From NCBI RefSeq assembly GCF_009914755.1, contig NC_060944.1: DNA of 64,000 nucleotides; one strand, given 5' to 3'. The translations under genes and the position numbers were made by a program. This stretch comes from the human T2T-CHM13v2.0 reference genome, Homo sapiens. Every line of letters starts with the position of its first letter. The stretch's first letter is position 1. Below, piece after piece: positions 51,031 through 64,000 of this stretch. The notes below the pieces were generated by a model. It was given only the letters and a program-made list of their open reading frames with translations, was not told where the DNA came from and ran no database searches.

Positions 51031-51754
51031 TCCGCTGCTGTTATTATTTTTTTTTAAATTTGTATTTTTTTGTAATTTTATCGGAGCCTCTTTTCATTAT
51101 ACAGCTGCTGTTATTATTACATTAATATTATTTTTAGGCTCTGTAAAAAACATAATAATGCCTTACTATGTCTTTTAATCCCACAGGTTTAGTGGTGTTT
51201 ATGCCTCAATTTGAAAGTGGAATTTCAAAGTCCACTGAAAGTCTTTCTCTGAAGAGTGAATTGTCTTTATCCCTTAGCGTCTCTCCTGAAAGCTCTTATT
51301 TGGTGAGTAAATTTACAAGACGGGTGCTAGATAAGGGATTCATGTGGAGTTTGTCCTTAAAACACTTCTTTAATCTCTGCAGTTGCTGTGGAATTTGTGT
51401 CATTTTTGCTTGGGTGATCAGATTACATTTCATAAACAATATCCCCTATGTTTAAAAATCTTTAAACAGCCACTTGGAAGTAGCTTGACGTGGACTACAG
51501 TTAATGCCTTGTTTAATGTGGCTCCTCCGTGGTAGACAGGGCTGACAATCAACTGCATATGCCCGCATCAGACTCCTAAGTAGATTTCTATATTTTACAG
51601 AATTTTTTTCTTATTTGAACTAGTTTTTTGGTTTTCTAATATCTCATATAGGATAATTTTGGTACAACGATGGTTCTTGTAAGCTTCCAAAAATTGGAAT
51701 CATTTTTATTGCTCTTTTGCCCTTGTTAAATCTTGGTTTTCTTCATCCAGAACT

Positions 51755-52487
<733 letters not shown>

Positions 52488-52582
52488 GAACTTTCAAACA
52501 TCAAAATTGCCAGCTCACTCTGACCCTTCCCCACCTTAATCACCCTGGGAATGACTGGGGAGAACTGGATATTTTATTTTCT

Positions 52583-53055
<473 letters not shown>

Positions 53056-53232
53056 TGCCTGGCTCTTTTCTAACTGTTCCTGTTCAGCAAAAATGTCACT
53101 TCCTCCAGGAGCCTTCCCTGATGTCCCCTGCCCTGCTTCAGTGGCTTCGCAGCACTGAGCAGTATCTGGAATTGTCTTTTCTATTTAATTCTAGCATTGT
53201 TTTTCCCCTCCCCTTCTAGAACAGGGTAGAAT

Positions 53233-53450
53233 AGGAGCTGTCACTCTCAACACTATTGACAGTTGGGACCAGGTAACTTTTTGTTTCAGGGGCCGTTCTG
53301 TGCCTGACAGGGTCTGTATGTAGTGTGTCCCCGGCCTTCACTCACTGGATGCCACCAGCAGCTTCTCCTTGCCCCCCGCCAGCTGGACAATAAAAAATGT
53401 CTCCAGATATTACCAAATGTCTTCTGGGGCAAGGGGGCAAAATTGCACTG
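53233..53450. mobile_element. MER20
   Basis: cactattgac...ggccttcactcactggatgcca...aaaaatgtctccagatattaccaaatgtc. Confidence 0.85.
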
Positions 53451-53463
53451 ATCTAGAATTTAA

Positions 53464-53838
<375 letters not shown>

Positions 53839-54219
53839 TAAATCTTTTTTAGCATTAAAAATACAAAAAATCATGCTAAAAGATGCCCAGGGCTTCTGTT
53901 ATTATGACCTATGCTTCCTTCTTGTGTCTTTAAAAACATTCAATTGTTACTGTTTATATTTTCTCTATTTTAAAATTTTAAACCATCCCCGCACAGCTTG
54001 CCTGGAAACTGTTGACACTGAAACATATAGGTTAAATTCATACAAGCTGGCCTATTATAGTCTTCCTGCAAAGTGCACAGTGAATTGCAAATGTTTGCAT
54101 TTCCCATTAACAAGAAAATTAGTGTCTCTAGAAACAGTAGTCTTCTCTGGACCAGCATTAAATGCCTGTTTTGTTCTTTTCAAGTTGCTCGAGTTCATAA
54201 TGGGGCTTTGGTCCTCATA

Positions 54220-54528
54220 TCTTTTTTTTTTTTTTTTTTTTGATACGGAGTCCTGCTCTGTTGCCCAGGCTGGAGTGTGCAATGGCGTGATCTCAGCACA
54301 CTGCAGCCTCCGCCTCCAGGCTTCAAGTGATTCTCCTGCCTTAGCCTCCCGAGTAGCTGGGACTGCAGGCGACTGCCACCACGCCCGGCTAATTTTTTTG
54401 TATTTTTAGTAGAGACGGGGTTTTGCCATGTTGGCCAGGCTGGTCTCTAACTCCTGACCTCAGGTGATCTGCCCGCCTCAGCCTCCCAAAGTCCTGGGAT
54501 GACAGGCGTGAGCCTCAGCGCTCAGCCT
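54220..54528 (-). mobile_element. Alu (AluSx-like)
   Basis: TSD tggtcct..tatcttt. Confidence 0.93.
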
Positions 54529-54965
54529 GGTCCTGGTATCTTTCACTTACTCTTCACAATTGTGTGTGACTTCTTTTCTGGTTGCAGGATTGGTTACAAC
54601 CTCCTCCATTAAGCCTGAATTAATCTTTACTCTCTGATTCCTGGACCATATCCTTGAATGCTTGCATCCTAACATCCAGTAAGACACCTCCGTACTGCCT
54701 TTTTCATCCTGGCAAATCACAAACTGATACTTCCAGCACTTTGGGAACAAACTTCTGCTACAGGACACAAATGCATGGCTGCTAGGAAGCTCTTGGTGCC
54801 TGAAAACATATGCCAGGACTCAGAGCACAGGTGTGTGTGTGCGTGTGCATGTGTTGGATTGTTATAAATTTATTAATTTATTTTGGGGAGTTTTTGGAAA
54901 AGGTAGCAAAACAGCCTCACAGGGAATCACTACTGTTCAGGGAAGTATTAAATAGAAAATGATTG

Positions 54966-55287
54966 GGCTGGGCGCGGTGGCTCACGCCTGTTATCCCAGC
55001 ACTCTGGGAGGCCACGGCGGGTGCGAGATCAGGAGTTTGAGACCAGCCTGGCTAACATGGTAAAACCCCTTCTCTACCCAAACTACAAAAATTAGCCAGG
55101 CATGGTGTCACACGCCTGTAATCCCAGCTACCCGGGAGGCTGAGGCATGAGAATCACTTGAACTTGGGAGGCGGAGGCTGCGGTGAGCTGAGATTGTACC
55201 ACTGCCCTTCAGACTGGGTGACAGAGTGAGACTCTGTCTGAAAAAACAACCAAACAAACAAACAAACAAAAAAACGAAAAAAAAAAG
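54966..55287 (+). mobile_element. Alu (AluS)
   Basis: Full Alu with (CAAA)n tail. Confidence 0.92.
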
Positions 55288-55323
55288 AGAATGAGTGAAT
55301 CTTTATGTATTTTAAAAGGTGTT

Positions 55324-55773
<450 letters not shown>

Positions 55774-55844
55774 TCATGTTTGAGCTGCATATTTGAGTAG
55801 GATTTTGCTATGCAGATGGGGAAGCAAGAACATTCTAAGATGGC

Positions 55845-56045
55845 CTAGCAAACTCCAGTCTGGGGGCCAAACCTGTCACACTGCCTGTTTTTATAAATAA
55901 GATTTTTAATTTGAACACAGCTACACTCATTTATATATTGTCTCTGATTGCTTTTACTCTACAATGGCAGAGACTGGATGGGCTCCAATGACTAAAATAT
56001 TTACTGTCTGATCCTTTACAGAAAAAAAAAAAAATCCACCCGTGG
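55845..56045. mobile_element. MER58A
   Basis: gcaaact...gggccaaa...gcctgtttttataaataa...aaaatatttactgtctg. Confidence 0.75.
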
Positions 56046-56049
56046 TGTA

Positions 56050-56215
56050 AGGCTTAAACATTTAGGCTATGAATCAACAGCCTGTGTTCAAATTCCAGCT
56101 CCACCAACTGACTTCTGTGTAACCTTGGTTACACACTTATAAAATGGAAATATGAATTCCTCTGGGTTGATGTGAGAAGTAAATTCAGTAATCCTAGTAA
56201 GTGCTTACTCAGTGA
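56050..56215 (+). mobile_element. MIR
   Basis: gttcaaattccagctccacca...tgtgtaaccttgg. Confidence 0.7.
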
Positions 56216-56429
56216 CAGTTATTATGATTCATCCAAATTAAAGAAGATTTTCAGAGGCTTCCCATAGTCTTAATGCCCTAGATTATAATCATACTAGATG
56301 TTCTCTGTCCTTATAAAAATTAAACATCTAAAATATTTGAGGAATTTGGGCAGCCACCTTTCCTGTTCCAGGAATGAAAGGTTCATAAAATACTGGCAGT
56401 ACATTTTCAGTTATTTGATGTTGATTAAT

Positions 56430-57110
56430 AGAGTCATGGAAACCTAGAAGGTCTCCAGGGGTGTGCCCTGGGACCCTGTCTTTGATCTATCCTGGATATC
56501 ATTTTGATTCAGGACTAAAGAATTAAGGTTTTCAGATGCAATTTCTAGGAGACAAAATATTGGTATTACAGGATCAAGATTCACAATGGTCTCCATAGCT
56601 TCAAATGAAGGATTGGAAGAAATAAGAGAGCATTTACCAGGGATTGATGTGGATTCTGGCATCAATTATTCACTTCTGGGAATGGGGAGACTTGGCCAGA
56701 CAGCAGTTCCTGGGAAGTAGTTCTGGGGCTTCTCGTTGGCCACAAGTTCAATTTGAGCCAGATGCATACAGCTGCCGACAAGCAAAGAATCTTAGGCTGC
56801 ATTAATGGAGTCAGGATATGCCTTGTGGGCTCCAAGGACAATAAAGAAAGAAAACAATTTGAATGAGCTAGGCAACCCATGTTTGCAGAATGGAGGTTCG
56901 TTATGGAAACAAAGTACAATTTTTAATGAGGATCCTGCCAAAGTTTCATAGGTTGAGGGGGCGGTAGGGGAAGAGGCGAGTTGATGAGTGATCTGGGAAC
57001 TATGTCATAATGAGGAATGGCTGAAGGATTTAGGGAGTTTCCCAGGAAAAGAGATGACCACAAGGGAAGAAAGCTTTGGGAAACCACTGAAGGTCTTCCG
57101 TGTGGAAGAA
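56430..57110 (+). mobile_element. L3/CR1 LINE relic (reverse-transcriptase to 3' region)
   Basis: ggggtgtgccctgggaccctgtct (G-V-P-x-G-like), aatcttaggctgcattaa, tgaggaatggctgaagga, gtggaagaagg. Confidence 0.75.
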
Positions 57111-57210
57111 GGTGCCTTATTATCTCTATTGCTTTTTGGCAAAACTTGGAGAAAATAAATGTGAGGTACTTATCTTTTGCGATATCAGCTCGGCTCAGTG
57201 TTTCTTGTAT

Positions 57211-58005
<795 letters not shown>

Positions 58006-58271
58006 GGTCAGGTTCTTTTTAGCTTTCCATCTCCTGGTTTCAGTCCTTCCTAAGGCCTAATCACCTTCCTGGACTTGGGCTTCATGAGATATCTTTTTGT
58101 TCTTGTTATAAATTCTCCCTTTTTACTTCTGCTAGTTCAACTAGGTTTCTTCATGTACAACCAAAAGTGTCGTAGCTATATCAGAGCACAGTAGAGAGTA
58201 GCTCAGTAGATGGAAGACACGGTGAATCTGTTCAGCCGCTTGAGAGAGTTACTTCAAGAAGTTAAGGCTAT

Positions 58272-58550
58272 GGCCGGGCGAGGTGGCTCACGCCTGTAAT
58301 CCCAGCACTTTGGGAGGCCGAGGCAGGCAAATCACAAGGTCAGGAGTTCGAGATCAGCCTGGCCTATATAGTGAAACCCTGTCTCTACTAAAAATACAAA
58401 AATTAGCCAGAAGTGGTGGCAGGCTGAGGCAGGAGAATTGCTTGAACCCGGGAGGCAGAGGTTGCAATGAGCCGAGATGGAGCCACCACTGCACTCCAGC
58501 CTGGGTGACAGAGCGAGACTCTGTCTCAGAAAAAAAAACAAAAAACAAAA
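58272..58550 (+). mobile_element. Alu (AluSg-like) with internal deletion
   Basis: TSD agaagt(t)aaggctat; deletion between aggc microhomologies. Confidence 0.92.
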
Positions 58551-58614
58551 GAGAAGTAAGGCTATTTCCTGGGAGCACACAGGTGGAAGTGAAATAACCC
58601 TAGATAACTGGGAG

Positions 58615-58790
58615 GCATAATGAAAGCTTGGGCTTGAACTTCAGAAAAACTTGGGATTAATTTTAAGCACCACCACCACTTTCTAGCTGGGACCTTGGAC
58701 AGTGGTCTTAACTTTTACTGAGCCTTTTTCTTGTGCAAGATGGGGAGAATACGGCATACCTCATAGAATGGTTGAGGATGAAATAAGCTA
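58615..58790 (+). mobile_element. MIR
   Basis: ccactttctagctgggaccttggaca...cctcatagaatggttgaggat. Confidence 0.7.
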
Positions 58791-58791
58791 C

Positions 58792-58850
58792 TCTATTAGT
58801 TTCCTATTGCTACTGTAAGAGATTGCCACAAACTTAGTGGCTTAAAACAA
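58792..58850 (-). mobile_element. MLT1 LTR 3'-end fragment
   Basis: tattagtttcctattgct...ccacaaacttagtggcttaaaacaa. Confidence 0.7.
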
Positions 58851-58857
58851 ATTCAGA

Positions 58858-59181
58858 GGCCGCCACGGTGGCTCATGCCTGTAATTTCCACACTCTGGGA
58901 GGCTGAGGTGGCCAGATTGCTTGAGCCCAGGAGTTCAAGACCAGCCTGGGCAACATGGAAATACCCCGTCTCTAGTTTTTGTATTTTTTTTAATACAAAA
59001 AGTTAGCCAGGTGTGCTGGTGCACACCTGTGGTCCCATCTACTTGGGAGCCTGAGGTGGGAGGATCTCTTGAGCCTGGGAAGCGGAGGTTGCAGTAAGCT
59101 GAGACTGGTACCACCGCACTCCAGCCTGGATGACAGAGCGAGACTCTGTCTCAAACAAAACAAAAGGAAACAAAACAAAAA
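58858..59181 (+). mobile_element. AluJ
   Basis: ttgagcccaggagttc; linker contains an inversion. Confidence 0.92.
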
Positions 59182-59185
59182 TTTA

Positions 59186-59485
59186 GGCCAGGTGCGGTGG
59201 CTCACTCCTGTAAATCTCAGCACTTTGGGAGGCTGAGACAGAAGGATCCTAGTCCAGGAGTTTGAGACCAGCCTGGGCAACACAGCCAGACTCCATCTCT
59301 ACAAAAACGAAAGTTAAAATAATTAGCCAGGGATGGTGGTGCACACCTGTATTCCCAGCTACTCCGGAGGCTGAGGTGGGAGGATTGCTTAAGCCTAGGA
59401 GTTAAAGGCTGCAATGAACTATGATCATCACTGCACTCCAGCCTGGGTGACACAGTGAACAGTGAGACTTTGTCTCAAAAAAAAA
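59186..59485 (+). mobile_element. AluJ
   Basis: Full Alu. Confidence 0.92.
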
Positions 59486-59511
59486 ATTTTTTTAAATTCT
59501 TAATTAGGAGG

Positions 59512-59818
59512 TTATTATTTATTTATTTATTTATCTGAGACTGAGTCTCACTCTCTTACTCACGGTGGAGTACAGTGGTGTGATCTCAGCTCACTGCAAC
59601 CTCCGCCTCCCAGGTTCAAGTGATTCTTGCGCTTCAGTCTCCTGAGTAGCTGGGATTACAGGCGTTTGCCACCATGTCCAGCTAAGTTTTGTATTTTTAG
59701 TAGAGATGGGATTTCACCCTGTTGGCCAGGCTGGTTTTGAACTCCTGACCTCAGGTGGTCCACCCTCCTCGGCTTCCCAAAGTGTTGGGATTACAGGCGT
59801 GAGCCACTGAGCCCGGCC
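59512..59818 (-). mobile_element. Alu (AluSx-like)
   Basis: Full antisense Alu. Confidence 0.93.
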
Positions 59819-60200
59819 ATTATTTTAATAGGATTCTTTCTGGTGAATGGTGAGATTTCCATGAAGGATCTTAGAGGACAAAGACTCAGTCGATCTTGGT
59901 TTCCACACCTCACTTCATCATTTAACTGTGTGATGGTGGGTAAGGTTAATGCACCTTTCTGAAGCTATATCCTCATCTGTAAAGCGTGTGTTCATAGTTT
60001 TTCTGGTAGGGTTTCTATGACAATATGATTGCAGGCGGAAGCACTTTCTATAGCACCATACAAATATTACTTACAATTCCTAGATAATTCACCAAAAGAT
60101 TAATCAGCAGGTGAACAGCACAGAGACTGTGACCCTCTTGTGGACAAAAAGGTGAGATTAGATGCAAAGTTTCCACCTCAGCTCACAATCGTTCTTCTAC

Positions 60201-60376
60201 CCCTGCCCTGAGTCCACTGAGTCCACAGCTGAGGGGAGTCCCTGGAAGCCATATTTGTTCTTCATAACCCAGTTGATAGCTGATCCAACAAGAGATGAAT
60301 GCCTGCTGGAAACTAGAACAATCGAGTTCTTTCCCCCAGGGAACATGGAAGTTGCCTTGAGGACTGTCAGTCGGCC
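60201..60376 (+). repeat. Local direct duplication, copy 2
   Basis: Near-identical to 57211-57383. Confidence 0.95.
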
Positions 60377-60672
60377 ACAGCAAAGGCAAAGTTTCCAGAT
60401 AAAACGAGGCACCTGCCAGGTCTCTAGGCTGGAGCGAAGCCATCATTGCACAACTTCAAATGTCCCAGAACAAAGATAGACATTGGCTGGCTGGGAAGCA
60501 GCTGTCGTTCTGCCTCGGGGTGACAGGCGTCATTTTCTTGAGTTGCTAGCTCATGGTAAAGGTCTGCTTTCTATAGTGGAGACCTAGATGTGCAAGTCCC
60601 AGCAAGCCTGGGGCTTGGGGGATCCGGGTGCTAGCTGTGGTTTGTTCACCCATCATCGATGGCCTTAGGACT

Positions 60673-61047
<375 letters not shown>

Positions 61048-61208
61048 TAGTTATTTTAATAAATAGACCAAAAAGAGAGAAGGGAATTCCTTGCCAACAT
61101 GTAGAGTTTTTCGTATTTTCTTAAGTGGTCCTGGAGGTATCTGAACACCACAGTAAAATGTAAATGAAACTGTTTTATAATATTCATGTTCTAAAAGTTA
61201 AAATTTCA

Positions 61209-61507
<299 letters not shown>

Positions 61508-61569
61508 GTTAAAATTTCGACAGGTGAAAATGGTTTCCCTCTGTCTTTTTGGTTGTGATCTCTTAGTTT

Positions 61570-61677
61570 TCATCTCCACAGACAAGCAGTTACAGGAAAT
61601 CTTGCACAGGACAGCTGCCCGTAGCAAAAAATTATCTGGTGCAAAATGTCAGCAGTGCTAAGGTTGAGAAACCTTGC
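61570..61677. mobile_element. MER20 fragment
   Basis: tgcacaggacagc...aattatctgg...aaatgtcagcagtgctaaggttgagaaacc. Confidence 0.75.
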
Positions 61678-61689
61678 TTTACACATATA

Positions 61690-62130
61690 TTAGCAAATAT
61701 AAGTGCGCATGCACACACAGAGGCACACACACCCTTTCATACACAAATGGGGGCTACACTGCACATATTTCTACATCTCGTCTTTTTTACCTAACCATGG
61801 AGATAGTTGTGTATCTGCACAGATAGACTCTTTCGAGCTGCAGAATACTGTATTCTCCTGTACAGATAGATCACTTATTTACTCAGTCCCCTATTGATAG
61901 ACATTCAGATTGCTGCCAGCTTCTACAAATAATATTGCTATAATTATTCTTGTTCATAGCTTTGTGTGCAAATGCCCATATGCTATTGTATCTGTCTGAT
62001 AATTCCTCTAAACAGAATAATCAGGTCAAAGAGTATACAGCTTTAAAATGTTGACAGACCTCACAGAAGTCCTCCAAAGATGACTGATTTATGTTCTTAC
62101 CAACTATGTAGTGCTATGCCTTGCTGACAC
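61690..62130 (-). mobile_element. L1ME fragment
   Basis: gctgcagaatact...cagtcccctattgatagacatt. Confidence 0.65.
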
Positions 62131-62380
62131 CTTTATTAACAAAATAGAGCCTTCTGTCTTTAAGTTGACTTAGCTTCAACTAATTATGTATTTGAAACCA
62201 ACTGTAATTTCCAACCATTCGTTTTTCAACAAACATTTATCCTTTGTGTCAGGAACTGGGATGAGAGGAATGAGGGGATACCCTCAAAATATCCTCATTA
62301 GACTAGAGGTACAGAGACAGGCTAACACATAGTTTGTACCACAGTGTGACAAAGGCTATGAATTAGGTAACATAACATAA

Positions 62381-63063
<683 letters not shown>

Positions 63064-63154
63064 TAATTTTTCAAGAAAAGCCTGGAAACTAGGTTTTTAT
63101 ATCACAGCTTTTTATTTTGAAATATTGGCAAAAAATTTAAATATTATTTCAGTT

Positions 63155-63690
63155 GGCATAATGTCCTCAAGGTTCATCCATGTTGTAGCATTTTATTTTA
63201 TTTATCTTTTGAGACTGAGTCTCACTCTGTCACCCAGGCTGGAGTGCAGCGGCACAATCTGCAACATCTGCCTCCCAGCTTCCAGTGATTCTCCTTCCTC
63301 AGCCTCCTGAGGAGCTGGGATTACAGGTGCATGCCACCATGCCCGGCTAATTTTTGTATTTTTAGTAGAGATGGGGTTTCACCAGATTGGCCAGGCTGGT
63401 CTCGAACTTCTGACCTCAAGTGATCCGCCTCCCTCGGCCTCCCAAAGTGTTGGGATAACAGGCGTGAGCCACCATGCTGGTCATGTTGTAGCATTTTAAT
63501 GTTGAATAATGTTTCATTATATATATGTACTGCATTTTTGTTAATTCATTAATCTAATGATGGATATTTGGGTTGTTTCTACCTTTTGACTATTGGGAAT
63601 GATGTGGATATAAATACTGATGTACAAATATCTGAGTCCCAGTTTTCAATTCTTTTAGATATATATATCTAGGAGTGGGATTGCTGAATT
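63155..63690 (-). mobile_element. L1MB fragment split by an Alu
   Basis: ataatgtcctcaaggttcatccatgttgtagca...gatggatatttgggttgtttc...ggagtgggattgctg. Confidence 0.85.
63191..63481 (-). mobile_element. Alu (AluS)
   Basis: TSD catgttgtagcatttt. Confidence 0.92.
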
Positions 63691-64000
63691 ATGTTCTAAT
63701 TCTGTATTTACCTTTAAGATTTTTTAACTTTAAACATTTTAATCTGTATTTAATGGAAAAACATAAGAAAGGAAAAATATCCCAGAGGAAAAATATGCAA
63801 ATAAATTCTACCTCTGGTTGATATACAGTTATTAATAACAAAACTAGTGTGAGTTTAGAGAGAATGTTTAGCAAACACTGATAAATGAAAAGAAAAAAAA
63901 TTACCAAAAACCCTGTATCTGCAAAACAACCACTGTTAATAGTGATCTTTATTTTCAGAGAATACAAATATAGATCAAGATTAATAGTGAAAATAAGGCC

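Overview
Primate (very likely human) non-coding genomic DNA that is extremely Alu-dense (about 75 Alu/FLAM/FRAM copies). It also carries older MIR, L2, L3/CR1, L1M, MaLR/ERVL/ERV1 LTR and hAT (MER58A, MER20, MER81, MER5, Charlie4-like) relics. No credible protein-coding exon is present; the supplied ORFs are Alu-derived, low-complexity or short chance ORFs. The one gene-derived feature is a full-length RPL39 processed pseudogene (27113-28430), with target-site duplications (TSDs), a frameshift and three inserted Alus. Several repeat-poor islands (about 17.9-23.4 kb, 33.0-36.2 kb and 45.9-47.0 kb) look regulatory, and the first may host an unverified lncRNA. The most unusual signal is a series of locally templated rearrangement scars: a 145-bp inverted copy of a neighbouring LTR pasted into an Alu, a ~175-bp direct copy 3 kb from its twin, fold-back inversions, and composites bounded by a single TSD. 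I found no evidence of a novel gene system and could not identify the chromosomal locus. Repeat subfamily calls are by eye from remembered consensus sequences, and boundaries are approximate.
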